Shown: positions 25,338-34,871, numbered from the stretch's first letter. The stretch: 45,842 bases of DNA from a virus (IMGVR_UViG_3300048890_000087:1-45842), one strand, 5' to 3'. A program made the numbers and translations. The notes: generated by a model not told the origin, from the letters alone.

Positions 25338-27276
25338 GGGTCGCCTCATACAGCCTAATAGCCCGCCCCAGCCGTGACAGCGCGCCCTTGATCCCATTAA
25401 TCTCAGCCAGCGCTTCCTTGCCCGGTACCGCCGCGGCCTTCTTCGCAGGCAGCCCGGTTGCGGGATCAACTGCCCCCGGCACTGGTTCCGGTTCCTTCGT
25501 GCGCAGCGGGTCGTACTTGTCGGGCCCGCTGTCCGGATACTGCGCATCGAGCAACTCGCCTGAGTTCTCCGTGCCGACCAGCTGGTACAGCAGCCGCACG
25601 CCTTCCTTCTCGTCGATGCCGAGGACTTCGCCCGACTTGGTCCCAAGCGTCATGGCATTCACCACCGCGGCAACCTGCACCGGCACATCCGCCTCGATAA
25701 TCGTCGGGAAGTTGACCATCACTTCCACTACATCGGCCTTCGGTGGCGCTGCCTCATAGATCCATCGCTTGCCGTCGTGGCGCCGCGCAGCCTCGCGAAT
25801 CACCAGCGTCGACGATGCGCCGTTCTTTGCCTCGCGCAGTTTGCCATTCGTCGCGCCCGCGCTGACCCGCAGCTGATAGGTGCCGAGGATAGCCAGGTCC
25901 TCACGCCAGACTTCCTGCTTCTCTGTGAAGTTCAATTCGGTCGGTCGATCGAGGCTGGTAGCCGTGGCCAGATTGGACGTGTTCATGTCCGAGAAGAAGG
26001 ATTCAGGGAGCCCGAACACCATGGCCACCTGCAGCTTATACTCGCGAACCTCCGCGGGATCGCCGCCCGCGCCCTTCGTGTTGAACGCCTCGAGCTTCGT
26101 GCCCGGCCCGCTGACAAACATAGAGCCCGGGTTGGCCGTGGGATTGGAGTCCCATAAGGCAGCGTTCGGCCCGACCGTGGTATTCAGCTGCTGCTTCGCG
26201 CCCTGCATCGCCTGCTGGCCGCCCTTACTCGTCAGCAGCATCGAGAACTGTGCCAGCGAGTTACGAATGGTCATGCAGTCCTCGAGGAACCGCTGAACGG
26301 TCTTCGCATACCCAAGCGCCGCATAGACCAGAGGCAGCCCGAAATGCCACTTCCCCACGCTGCCGCACTTGCGATGCAGCACCGGCGAATCCCAGAGGAT
26401 CGGCACGCCGCCCATCTCCGGCGGCTTCACTGCAGGCTCATACCCGAGCGCCGGGTACCAGGCCTTCATCGGCACATTGTCGATCGAGCCGTCGGCTTTG
26501 ACGACGCGCTGCAGCCAGTCCCGCCGGTAGTACCATGGCACGGATGAATCATCCGGATCCGAAACCACGTCCATGATCTCGACAGCATCGATGGTCCGGA
26601 CGTTCACTTCCCCCGTATTTTCCCTATCGGTGAAATTGACCCAGAACAGGTTGCCATCGTAGTACTTAGCGCGCTCCTGATCGCTCAATGCCACCTGACC
26701 CAGCACCGCTTTGTTGCGTTCCCGCCAGTCTTTGAGTACTTCGGCTGCCGCCTCATCGTTCGATGTAATCTCGACGCCGCGACCGAACACGTACTGCGCG
26801 CTGACGTTCATGCCGCGCTGCAGCATCGGGTCTTTGGTGCACCGCAGCCGGGCGATGAGGATGATCTGCTGGATGCCCCACCGGGTGAACTCGAGCCATG
26901 AAAGGTTGGTTTCACGGCGCCACTCGATGTTATTCAACATCAACTCGGTGTCGCCGTACGCGCCCTGCGCCAGGAACGGCAGCATGGTTTCCTTCAGTTG
27001 CCGCGGCGCGCTGCCGGACTTGAGCGTCGCCACATCGGGCACACGCCACGGCCCCGGCCCGGCCATTGCCAGCATCTCGTAGAGCTCGGAATCGTGCTCG
27101 CGCGCATCCATTTCCCGCAGCCGCTCGCGTGCCTGCAGCGTCGTCAGTTCATCGGACAGATAACCGATCGCGAGATCCTTGTTCGCCTCGCGCTGCATGG
27201 CGGCTGTGGCGCCGTGGATATAGGCCGGCAGGTTCGCGGGCTGGAAACGCGCCCTGATGGAATCGAGCAGATGCAT
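25309..27276 (-). CDS. Portal protein
   Basis: 655 aa; DPMLQRGMN..QYVFGRGV, YYDGNLF, FGLPL, FGLPESFF..SNLATA; position in the head module. Confidence 0.8.
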   Translation of the reverse strand: MHLLDSIRARFQPANLPAYIHGATAAMQREANKDLAIGYLSDELTTLQARERLREMDAREHDSELYEMLAMAGPGPWRVPDVATLKSGSAPRQLKETMLPFLAQGAYGDTELMLNNIEWRRETNLSWLEFTRWGIQQIILIARLRCTKDPMLQRGMNVSAQYVFGRGVEITSNDEAAAEVLKDWRERNKAVLGQVALSDQERAKYYDGNLFWVNFTDRENTGEVNVRTIDAVEIMDVVSDPDDSSVPWYYRRDWLQRVVKADGSIDNVPMKAWYPALGYEPAVKPPEMGGVPILWDSPVLHRKCGSVGKWHFGLPLVYAALGYAKTVQRFLEDCMTIRNSLAQFSMLLTSKGGQQAMQGAKQQLNTTVGPNAALWDSNPTANPGSMFVSGPGTKLEAFNTKGAGGDPAEVREYKLQVAMVFGLPESFFSDMNTSNLATATSLDRPTELNFTEKQEVWREDLAILGTYQLRVSAGATNGKLREAKNGASSTLVIREAARRHDGKRWIYEAAPPKADVVEVMVNFPTIIEADVPVQVAAVVNAMTLGTKSGEVLGIDEKEGVRLLYQLVGTENSGELLDAQYPDSGPDKYDPLRTKEPEPVPGAVDPATGLPAKKAAAVPGKEALAEINGIKGALSRLGRAIRLYEATHEPEADRHN

Positions 27277-27308
27277 TTGATTCAGTTTACGGCTAAACCA
27301 CGAAAACC

Positions 27309-27524
27309 CTACTTTGTTTTACCGGTGCGCGCCGCATCAATGACGGCAATTCGCGTTTCAATGACATCGAGCCGCGATTCAAACCGCAGCCGCATCGCTT
27401 CATTGCGCTCGTTAAACGCCTTGATACGCCGATCCGTCAGCTTCTCCATCGCGTGGAACTGAACCCACGAGACCACACAGATGAAAATCAGCATCGGCAG
27501 CTGTGGCAGGATGTAATCGACCAC
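27309..27524 (-). CDS. Small membrane-anchored coiled-coil protein
   Basis: N-terminal TM followed by heptad repeats. Confidence 0.55.
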   Translation of the reverse strand: MVDYILPQLPMLIFICVVSWVQFHAMEKLTDRRIKAFNERNEAMRLRFESRLDVIETRIAVIDAARTGKTK

Positions 27525-27540
27525 GGCTTATGGTAGCCGT

Positions 27541-28083
27541 TTAATGAACCAGTGTCTGGAACCATTTCAGGACGGCCGTGCCGTGCGTCGAGCCGATGAT
27601 GCCGGTCACGAGACTCACGCCGCTGACAATGCCCACCTGCCAGCGCCGGTTTGTTTCACGTGCGACATCGAGCGCTTTCCGCATCGTTTCGGCCTCTTCG
27701 AGGCGCTTTTCGATCGAAAGAATGGAGTCGCCCTGGGATTCCACCCTGTCGGGCAGGATTTCGAGTTGCGCGATGCGGTCACGCAGACCGCCAAGCCCTT
27801 CACCGACGTGCGCGTGGATGGCGGCAAACGATTCACTGTCACTGACGGCATGCTCATCGAGCCTTGTGTGCAGTTTTTCTGTGGCTGCAATAACTTCGGT
27901 GCGGGCGACTTCCTGATTGTCGAGGACGCGGTCCATGCTTTTGCTTAGCGCGGCAAGCGTACCCTGGACTTCCCCGAGCATACGGGCTGCCTGGGAGGAA
28001 GTTTCCATTTGCCTAAACATAGCAAAAAGCCCGTAAAGGCCGCATAAACCGCAAAACACCGGCCAGACGGCATGTAGAGCCAT
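27541..28083 (-). CDS. Membrane protein with a coiled coil (possible lysis accessory)
   Basis: Hydrophobic segments at both termini flanking a coiled coil. Confidence 0.55.
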   Translation of the reverse strand: MALHAVWPVFCGLCGLYGLFAMFRQMETSSQAARMLGEVQGTLAALSKSMDRVLDNQEVARTEVIAATEKLHTRLDEHAVSDSESFAAIHAHVGEGLGGLRDRIAQLEILPDRVESQGDSILSIEKRLEEAETMRKALDVARETNRRWQVGIVSGVSLVTGIIGSTHGTAVLKWFQTLVH

Positions 28084-28133
28084 CGAGCCGGTGTTGATGC
28101 AGTGAGGACGTGTGCCCTCACCAGGTCAATAAG

Positions 28134-28508
28134 TCAGGCTGCGGGTGTGTTCGCCGTGACAGCAGCTGCGAGATCGGCGGAATTAGATGCGATCTTCGCC
28201 TGCAGATCAGTGAGGCTTTGGAGTTCCGCCGGGGTGGCGCCCTGAGCGAGCGCGTTCGCGACGGCCTGCCCGATCAGGTCGGGAATGCCGGTGATGAGTT
28301 TGACCGCCGATTGCTCGACGGAGGTTTCGTTTTCGACGCTCGTGGCGAGCGCGGTGATTTTATCGTCCAGAACTGACATGGTGTGTTTTCCTTGTGCAAT
28401 CAGCGTATTGATGCCGGCGAGTATGGCGTTCGCGGTGGTCTGAAGCTGGGCAATCTGGTGCGCCTGGCTGCAGTCGTTGTTTCTGAGAACGCCGAACAGT
28501 TTGGGCAT
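28134..28508 (-). CDS. Ala-rich helical hypothetical phage protein (alternative start at 28379)
   Basis: MSVLDDKITALATSVENETSVEQSA...LAAAVTANTP; AAGGA RBS before 28379. Confidence 0.65.
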   Translation of the reverse strand: MPKLFGVLRNNDCSQAHQIAQLQTTANAILAGINTLIAQGKHTMSVLDDKITALATSVENETSVEQSAVKLITGIPDLIGQAVANALAQGATPAELQSLTDLQAKIASNSADLAAAVTANTPAA

Positions 28509-28562
28509 GCGGTCGGTCGCTATTGAGTATGCCAGAAAGCGACAATCAGGTCGACAAATGTT

Positions 28563-29117
28563 CTAGGACACGGGCTCGCTCATTCGGGCACAGATCAACT
28601 GAATTGCAGGCTGCAGATGGTCAGTTTCCCACGCAGGCGATTGCAGGAACGACCAGTCGTTTAAGGGGAAATACTGCACTTCGAGCGCCTCGCCATCGTC
28701 GGTGATCATCTCCAGAACGGCGTGAAAGCTGTTCAGCCTGACTTTGTCGCCGATCCTGACCGTGAGGATATAAGGCGGAATATGAACGCCTCTGTCTGCC
28801 ATGTCGCACTGGTCGAATGAGGCGTCGATCAGGTGCCCGCCCGCGATTGCTATGCAATGGCCGTTCCATGCGTTTTTGGATGCAGGCCGGATCTGATGCG
28901 CCCTTCCCTTCATGTCGAGCCCGCTGACAAATGCGAGGTCGCGTGATTTCGACTGGACGACCATTGAGACGGGAACGGCTTGCGCTTTGATTCCGAACCG
29001 GCGAAGCACCTCAATCGTGATCCGGCTGGCAGCGATGCAGCTGTTGGGCGGGAAAAATTCGAGGATTACGGGCCGCGCCACACTGGCGTAGCGCCTTACG
29101 ATGTCTTCGGCTCGCAT
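28563..29117 (-). CDS. Transglutaminase-like (papain-fold Cys-His-Asp) protein
   Basis: NSCIAASRITIEVLRRFGI, WNGHCIAIAGGHLIDASFDQ. Confidence 0.55.
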   Translation of the reverse strand: MRAEDIVRRYASVARPVILEFFPPNSCIAASRITIEVLRRFGIKAQAVPVSMVVQSKSRDLAFVSGLDMKGRAHQIRPASKNAWNGHCIAIAGGHLIDASFDQCDMADRGVHIPPYILTVRIGDKVRLNSFHAVLEMITDDGEALEVQYFPLNDWSFLQSPAWETDHLQPAIQLICARMSEPVS

Positions 29118-29260
29118 TTGTGGCCGCGCTGCTTCGCCCGCTTCGCACTCATCGCCCCGCAGGGGCAGCGCTTCCCCTTCGGCGGCCGCCCGCCTGCGAA
29201 TGTCTTTCGTGCCAGCGATGCCGCCCGCTTCATCTCGGAGATCGATTCACTTAGAGCCAT
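29096..29260 (-). CDS. Basic AT-hook/Zn-finger microprotein (54 aa)
   Basis: Hand-translated ...GGRPPKGKRCPCGAMSAKRAKQRGHKC; GGAGG upstream. Confidence 0.6.
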   Translation of the reverse strand: MALSESISEMKRAASLARKTFAGGRPPKGKRCPCGAMSAKRAKQRGHKCEPKTS

Positions 29261-29513
29261 TGACATTACCTCCATTGACTACCTCGACTGCGGCCACCTG
29301 GACCACATACTGATTTCGCTCATCGCGCCCCGCGGCCTCCGCATCAATCCACACCAGAGGACCGAAGACCCGCTCCGCTCCGCGGCGTGCCATCGACAGG
29401 CCCGACTCCGCGCGCGACGGACCAATCTCATTCGGCTGATTGACACCCAGCCGGATAGCCCAGCGGAACGAGCGCGGCTGCCTGTCTTTGGTAATGACTA
29501 TGAAGATTGTCAC
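29247..29513 (-). CDS. Hypothetical protein
   Basis: GTG 29513 with a GGAGAG RBS. Confidence 0.5.
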   Translation of the reverse strand: MTIFIVITKDRQPRSFRWAIRLGVNQPNEIGPSRAESGLSMARRGAERVFGPLVWIDAEAAGRDERNQYVVQVAAVEVVNGGNVNGSK

Positions 29514-29527
29514 TTTACTCTCCGCGC

Positions 29528-29554
29528 AAAAAAAGGGCGCGAAGACCGCGCCCC
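29528..29554 (-). terminator. Rho-independent terminator
   Basis: GGGCGCG-GTCTT-CGCGCCC followed by T7 on the - strand. Confidence 0.8.
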
Positions 29555-29562
29555 AGCCCAAC

Positions 29563-29763
29563 CTACCGCGCCATCAATTCGTAGACCTTGCCTGTTAGCA
29601 GGTCGATTTTGCCGTTCAGTTCCCGGCGCAATTCTTTCGTGTCGCCGCGAATTTCCCGAATATCCTCGCGGATCGATGATATCTGGACGAGGCTGACTAC
29701 CATGCTGGCGAGCACGGCGATAGTGGGAAGGCCGATTGCGATGTAAAGCTGAAGGTTCGTCAC
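29563..29763 (-). CDS. Small TM plus coiled-coil protein (moron-like unit)
   Basis: MTNLQLYIAIGLPTIAVLASMVVS then IREDIREIRGD heptads; own promoter and terminator. Confidence 0.7.
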   Translation of the reverse strand: MTNLQLYIAIGLPTIAVLASMVVSLVQISSIREDIREIRGDTKELRRELNGKIDLLTGKVYELMAR

Positions 29764-29814
29764 TCTTTTTTCTCCGACCGGAGTTGCCGGTCTGGCTTAA
29801 TCTGTTACAACCCC

Positions 29815-29844
29815 ATTTTACGACAAAACAGCAGCCGCATTCAA
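29815..29844 (-). promoter_or_regulatory. Putative sigma70 promoter
   Basis: TTGAAT-N18-TAAAAT upstream of 29763. Confidence 0.5.
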
Positions 29845-29896
29845 GGTGCCGCGATGACAGAACAGCACGGAACAACACACTGGCGGTGTTATCCTT

Positions 29897-30055
29897 TCAC
29901 TGCCTCTGCAGTTTGATGAGACAGTCTGCCTTGAACTTCTGAAACGCTTCCCACGCCAGTTCGTATTCCTCCTGCGTGTCGTTGGGATAGAAGCGGAAAT
30001 ACACATCCGCCCACTCTTCCTTCGTGAACTCGTGGAGGCGCACTTCGTCGCTCAT
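29897..30055 (-). CDS. Small hypothetical protein
   Basis: MSDEVRLHEFTKEEWADVYFRFYP... Confidence 0.55.
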   Translation of the reverse strand: MSDEVRLHEFTKEEWADVYFRFYPNDTQEEYELAWEAFQKFKADCLIKLQRQ

Positions 30056-30098
30056 GCTTATCGATGGGGAAAGAAGAGCAGCCAGTAAACCCACTGGA

Positions 30099-30887
30099 TC
30101 AGTCGCATATCGGCTCGGCTGGCCCGGTTACCAGCGGCCCGGCGTGAAGGAATCGCGAGTTCGCCGGAAACAGATCGCCAATGACCATGTGCTTGTAGCA
30201 GTCTTCGCTGGCGTTGCCCGGGTCCATTTCGTTGTACCAGAGATACTTCCGCACGCGATCATCCTTGTCGTTGTACCCCAGATGCCAGAGCGGCGCGCCT
30301 GTGATGATGCCGTGCGCGTGGTGGAGCAGCTGCTGCGGGATCGACGAGCAGTGGAAGTTGCCGCCCCATGGTGTTCTCTGGAACCGGAACTCTTTGTTGA
30401 ACAGCCGGAACAGGCTCGGCCGCGCGAAGGTTTTATACACGCCATCGGTGCGGATGATGCGGTGCTGGCGAAACGGCCACAGGCTCATGTCCGAGTCCCA
30501 GAGGTAATAGATCGGCAGCTTGTAGGCGTGGGTCGGGCCTTGAATCGCGTGGTAGATGTGCGGTGCGGCGCGCTCGTCGAGGATCTCGTCGCCGTCGATG
30601 GCGAGCGCCCAGAATGGCGACTTCTCGTCGCCGCGGAGGTGGATGTCGGAGACTGAGCCCAGCAGCCGGGAGAGCAGATACTCGCGGTCCCTGCTTTCAT
30701 CGAAGCCTTCGAAGGCGCTGCGAATGACTGTGATCTGGGGCGACAGTTGCTCGCAGAGTTCCGGCGTGCCGTCCTGGCTTCCATCATCCAAGATCCAGAT
30801 GCGTTCGCAGATGGGCAGGATGGACTTGAGCACCTGGACGATCCAGCGGCTCTCGTTCTTAATCCGAAGCATCCCGTAAATCGTCAT
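30099..30887 (-). CDS. GT2-family (GT-A fold) glycosyltransferase
   Basis: MLRIKNESRWI...ILDDGSQDGT, IDGDE (DxD), LWHLGY. Confidence 0.85.
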   Translation of the reverse strand: MTIYGMLRIKNESRWIVQVLKSILPICERIWILDDGSQDGTPELCEQLSPQITVIRSAFEGFDESRDREYLLSRLLGSVSDIHLRGDEKSPFWALAIDGDEILDERAAPHIYHAIQGPTHAYKLPIYYLWDSDMSLWPFRQHRIIRTDGVYKTFARPSLFRLFNKEFRFQRTPWGGNFHCSSIPQQLLHHAHGIITGAPLWHLGYNDKDDRVRKYLWYNEMDPGNASEDCYKHMVIGDLFPANSRFLHAGPLVTGPAEPICD

Positions 30888-31213
30888 GTTGTCGTTGAAT
30901 TCTTTCTTTGTGAATTGAGTGCCCAACTGCAAAGATTCGCTTGCGGATCCAGTTGTTCCTGAATATGGTCCAGCAGATCATGGATGGTTTTGGCAGTGCA
31001 CCAGCTTTTCCTGTATACCTGAAAAATCCAATCGAGAACTGCGGCACTGCTTTCGCATCTTTCGAGATCCACGTAATAGTGCGGCCTGATGCGGTGCTCT
31101 ATCGTCAGGTTGTTTGGATTGAACAGCCATTCGTTGTCTGGCTTAATACGGCTCTGCCTTTTGGAGAGCATCAGCTCCTGGAGACTGATTATCCTTGGTT
31201 TGCGGGTTGCCAT
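30884..31213 (-). CDS. Hypothetical protein
   Basis: 109-aa ORF, visibly more AT-rich; coupled by ATGA. Confidence 0.65.
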   Translation of the reverse strand: MATRKPRIISLQELMLSKRQSRIKPDNEWLFNPNNLTIEHRIRPHYYVDLERCESSAAVLDWIFQVYRKSWCTAKTIHDLLDHIQEQLDPQANLCSWALNSQRKNSTTT

Positions 31214-31221
31214 CTTTGCCC

Positions 31222-32136
31222 CTAAATGATGCGCCCCCGATAGAAGCCTTTGAACCGCGGTACTTTGATTAAGTCGTATTCACGGCCTTCGACTGTGATC
31301 ACTTCCGGCAGACGGTTGCACATCAGATCACCGCCGGAAAACTGGAGTTTCCACCATTCCTCCATGTACAGCGCGTTGGGCGGCCAGTCTTCCCAACGGG
31401 TCACATTCACCGAGTGGTAGTTGAAGTTTTTCCCGTTGAAGTAGCGGTTCCACTTATCAACGAACTCGCGCACGCCTCGCGCGATCCGTTCATTCGCCGC
31501 CGGGTCGTTCGTCGCTGTCGCATGGTGCGCGATCTGCACTTCCGGCGCCGCCGCGCACTTCCAGCCCGCCATCCGCACCCGCATAGCCAGATCACATTCG
31601 TTCTGATGGCCGATCTTGGTATCCATGCCGCCGACTTCGGCATAGCAGAGCCGGTTCATGATCCAGGCGAAGCCCGCCGCCCACTGGATCTCGGTGTAAG
31701 CGCCGCGGGGTATCTGGTACGCGCCGCCGTTCGGGTGAATCATGCCGATCTCATGGAACCGGTCGAGGTAGGAGCACAGCGTTTCGTCCCAGCCGGGTGT
31801 CAGGATCTCAACGTCATTGTCGAGATAAGCGATGTACTCAGACTGCGCGTGTTGCAGGATCTCGTTGACGGCGCCAGCGTAGCCGACGTTTTTGGGCATC
31901 AGCGTTGCCCCGAGGAATCTTTCGTTTCTGCACCTCGCGTCGCTAATGACAGCCACAGCGCGCGTTCCTTCTTCGTCGCTCGAAGGGTTATGCACAATAT
32001 GGCAGCGCCAGTCTGTGCGGCTCTGCGCTTCGATCGAAGCTAGCGTCGCGCGCAGCTTCTCCGGGTTCCGGTAGCTGGCGACGCCGATATCAAGTCTGCG
32101 GCTCAATTCGTGCCTGCTCTCAGAATGCGGCTCCAT
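31222..32136 (-). CDS. GT2-family glycosyltransferase
   Basis: SYRNPEKLRATLASI, HNPSSD, NVGYAGAVN, YLDNDV, ECDLAMRVRMAGW. Confidence 0.85.
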   Translation of the reverse strand: MEPHSESRHELSRRLDIGVASYRNPEKLRATLASIEAQSRTDWRCHIVHNPSSDEEGTRAVAVISDARCRNERFLGATLMPKNVGYAGAVNEILQHAQSEYIAYLDNDVEILTPGWDETLCSYLDRFHEIGMIHPNGGAYQIPRGAYTEIQWAAGFAWIMNRLCYAEVGGMDTKIGHQNECDLAMRVRMAGWKCAAAPEVQIAHHATATNDPAANERIARGVREFVDKWNRYFNGKNFNYHSVNVTRWEDWPPNALYMEEWWKLQFSGGDLMCNRLPEVITVEGREYDLIKVPRFKGFYRGRII

Positions 32137-32378
32137 CCGTACTTCGGATTGGCTCGCATGGTTTCAACGATCATCTCTGCTGCGCGAGTTTCGGTCAGAC
32201 CGAGAGGCTGGAATTGCCTCTCGTAATCGGCTTCCCACCTTTGGAGTGCCTTACCGATCCATTCATCCCACTGAGCGTCATTGTCGATCTTATGGTCGAG
32301 GGAAAGTTTCACTGCCCACATTTTGATAACTTCGACCACCGGACCGGGCTTCAGTGCGAGCCGTTGCGTGTTGGTCAT
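32103..32378 (-). CDS. Hypothetical protein
   Basis: 91-aa ORF, coupled. Confidence 0.55.
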   Translation of the reverse strand: MTNTQRLALKPGPVVEVIKMWAVKLSLDHKIDNDAQWDEWIGKALQRWEADYERQFQPLGLTETRAAEMIVETMRANPKYGWSRILRAGTN

Positions 32379-32470
32379 TGCTTGCCCCTCACGTATTTTT
32401 GCCAGACGTACTCGCCGCCGATGATCGCGCCAACAAACAAACCGAGCACCAGCGCCGTTATGACTCCCAT
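32375..32470 (-). CDS. Single-TM microprotein (31 aa)
   Basis: MGVITALVLGLFVGAIIGGEYVWQKYVRGKQ; GGAGG upstream. Confidence 0.45.
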   Translation of the reverse strand: MGVITALVLGLFVGAIIGGEYVWQKYVRGKQ

Positions 32471-32877
32471 CCGGGCGGATCCTCCCAGTCTTCGACCGGC
32501 CATTCGTCCGGATCGTCTGCCGACCATGCCGGGCTTGGCATGTTGATCACCAGCGCTTCGGTGTCGCCGTAGTTGTAGAGCGCACAAGCGTAACCTGTTG
32601 GCATGATCTGAACCGGATCGCCTTGGACAACATCGCTCGAATATTCAGTGAACTCGCCCCAACTCTCCTTCACGCGCCACTTGATCGTGACCCGCCCGTG
32701 AACGACGCAGAAGAGCCCGCGCCGTTTCATGTGCAGGTGTGGACCCTTGCGGGAATGCGGCGCGATGGCCGTCACATACACCTGATCCGGCCTGAGCTCC
32801 GGCTGCTCGAGCGCCGACCAGAGCGGCAGTATCCAGCCGTTGACCTTGCCTGCAGTGTCGCGCGTCTCGATCTTCAT
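32458..32877 (-). CDS. RmlC-like cupin (NDP-sugar 3,5-epimerase or 3,4-ketoisomerase type)
   Basis: QVYVTAIAPHSRKGPHLH...FCVVHGRV...IMPTGYACALYN...ALVINMPS. Confidence 0.75.
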   Translation of the reverse strand: MKIETRDTAGKVNGWILPLWSALEQPELRPDQVYVTAIAPHSRKGPHLHMKRRGLFCVVHGRVTIKWRVKESWGEFTEYSSDVVQGDPVQIMPTGYACALYNYGDTEALVINMPSPAWSADDPDEWPVEDWEDPPGWES

Positions 32878-32878
32878 G

Positions 32879-33154
32879 TCACATCCACGCGAAGGTCAAT
32901 TCCGCCCAGTTCTGATACGCCGGGTCGTTGCACTCTTCCCAGTACGCCACCGCTGCCTTGCGGCAGGCTTCGAACTTTGTATCCGGTTTCTCCGGATGCG
33001 GCCCTTTTGTTTCGCCCTTCGTTGCCTCGATGTCGGCTTCATAGTCCGCGCTGGTGTAACACCAGGTCCTGTGCCGTTCTTTCATCGATTCAACTTCGCC
33101 CGGGTACAGCCCCACACGGACCGTCCACATCGCCTTCAGCGCTTCACGTGGCAT
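32879..33154 (-). CDS. Hypothetical protein
   Basis: ORF coupled to both neighbours. Confidence 0.55.
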   Translation of the reverse strand: MPREALKAMWTVRVGLYPGEVESMKERHRTWCYTSADYEADIEATKGETKGPHPEKPDTKFEACRKAAVAYWEECNDPAYQNWAELTFAWM

Positions 33155-34683
33155 CACTTCCTCCGGTACCACTGCGGCCCCATCTGCTCAAACCCCACCG
33201 CCGTCAACAGCGGATCCCAGTCCTTCTCATACCGATCATTCACCGCCAGATGCATCGGCATCGCCCCTTCCGCGCCACTCCCGCACGCAAACGCATTCTG
33301 CGCCACAAACAGCCCGCCCGGCTTCAACGCCGCATACGCCGCCCGCACCCAGCACTCAACATCGGTCACATGCTCCAGAAAATCCAGCGACACCACAGCA
33401 TCGTAAGGCGGAATCAGCTGCGGCGGCCGCCAGTCCGTGCTCATGTGATGCGCCGGATAAGCCCCGGTCTGCCGCCAGATCCGGAACAGCGCATACTCGG
33501 ACGTCCTCGACGCCAACAGATCGTGATACACCGGCTTCAACCCCGCGCGGATCATCGAGAGCGTCAGATCCCCGATGCCATCCCCCAGGCACAGCACACG
33601 CCGCGCGCCTTCGTGCTTCAGCCGGGTCACAATCCCCGAGCACATGCCGCAGTAGTTGAAGCCCGGATCTTCGTGGTATGCCGAGAGCTCCCAGATGTAA
33701 GAGATTGTGCGCCGGTACCAGCCGAGCAATGCTTCATCGCCCTGCGGATTGCATGCCCGGAAGTCATCACTGACGTCGTTGTGCAGCGGCCCGAACCCTC
33801 TGGCAAGTACTTCCATTGCATCCTCGAGCGTGATCCCGAGAAACAGCGCTATCTCCGTCGCCCGGTCAGCCTGCGCGAGCCGCAGGGCGTTCTTGATGCC
33901 GTCCTCGATCGACTCGGTTGAAATGCACGGCGCAAACGTGGTGTCGATGGGCCGCGGCGCCAGTCCGCGAAAGTCCTCGTGCCGGCACGCCAGCACATCG
34001 GGGTTGACCAGCTGCGCGATATCGAACCGGCTCATACGGCGCGACACGCCGAACTGCTGAATGCGGGCGCTGCTTGGGCTCGTCACTTCCTTCCAGACGA
34101 GGCGCGCCGCATCCCACGCCATGAGCGGCGAGAACCAGCGGTTGCTCACCTGTGGCGTCTGCCCGGCAATCATCGCCTCGAGCGGGTTCTCGCGTACCTG
34201 CGGTTTCAACGGGCGGATGCCGAGGATGAACGTCAGGCGCAGAATCGTGGCATTGATGCAGGATAGTTCTGCGATTGCCTTCTGGCGACCGTAGTGATTG
34301 ACGGGCTTACTGGCTTTGGATTCGACCGGGCCGTATGGCGCCCGATCCCCATGATGAACAGCCTGTGAGCTGATCTGGATCATGCGGGCGTCGTGCAGGC
34401 CACACCAGGCGGCGATTCGTACCGGGATGCCGACGTTGATGCGCATATAGCGGTCGGGCTCGCGTTCGACGACGTCGACGCGGGATTCGCCGGCGAAGTT
34501 GATCACGACGTCGGGTTTGAGTTCGTTGAGGATGGCGTCTGGCTGGCCGTTTGATTCGAGGTCGATGCCGCGGGTGATCGGGTCGGCGAGGCGGCGGATC
34601 CAGATGGGGTGAATGCCGTCGGGGGTGCAGAGGCGCATGTGCTGTGCGATGATGCCGGACGCGCCGAGGATCAGGACTTTCAT
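33154..34683 (-). CDS. Fusion of an RmlD-like NAD(P)-dependent NDP-4-keto-sugar reductase and a class I SAM methyltransferase
   Basis: MKVLILGASGII, PDVVINFAG, QISS, PVNHYGRQK (YxxxK), SRFDIA; C-terminal VLCLGDGIG, YDAVVSLDFLEHV, LKPGG. Confidence 0.8.
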   Translation of the reverse strand: MKVLILGASGIIAQHMRLCTPDGIHPIWIRRLADPITRGIDLESNGQPDAILNELKPDVVINFAGESRVDVVEREPDRYMRINVGIPVRIAAWCGLHDARMIQISSQAVHHGDRAPYGPVESKASKPVNHYGRQKAIAELSCINATILRLTFILGIRPLKPQVRENPLEAMIAGQTPQVSNRWFSPLMAWDAARLVWKEVTSPSSARIQQFGVSRRMSRFDIAQLVNPDVLACRHEDFRGLAPRPIDTTFAPCISTESIEDGIKNALRLAQADRATEIALFLGITLEDAMEVLARGFGPLHNDVSDDFRACNPQGDEALLGWYRRTISYIWELSAYHEDPGFNYCGMCSGIVTRLKHEGARRVLCLGDGIGDLTLSMIRAGLKPVYHDLLASRTSEYALFRIWRQTGAYPAHHMSTDWRPPQLIPPYDAVVSLDFLEHVTDVECWVRAAYAALKPGGLFVAQNAFACGSGAEGAMPMHLAVNDRYEKDWDPLLTAVGFEQMGPQWYRRK

Positions 34684-34871
34684 TTCGCGGAGCCTGCTAT
34701 AACTTCCAGCGATCCGGCTATATCTTCCATCGATAAAGCGATTGACGCCAGGAGCCTTACTGTTGCAATCCGCGCATCGGACTCAAAACTAGGTTGAATG
34801 ACAGATTTCCGAAGTTGCTCGAACTCAGATTCGACTACCTTAAGAGTTTGCTTTATGAAGTCCTGACTCAC
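34680..34871 (-). CDS. Small hypothetical protein
   Basis: GTG start overlapping the upstream stop; AT-richer. Confidence 0.5.
   Translation of the reverse strand: MSQDFIKQTLKVVESEFEQLRKSVIQPSFESDARIATVRLLASIALSMEDIAGSLEVIAGSAK

Noticed and set aside
32623-33921. 432-aa + strand ORF (and similar long antisense ORFs at 2227, 20051 and 44883)
   Set aside because: Shadow ORFs of GC-rich - strand genes that have clear motifs; Arg/Pro-rich with no domain features
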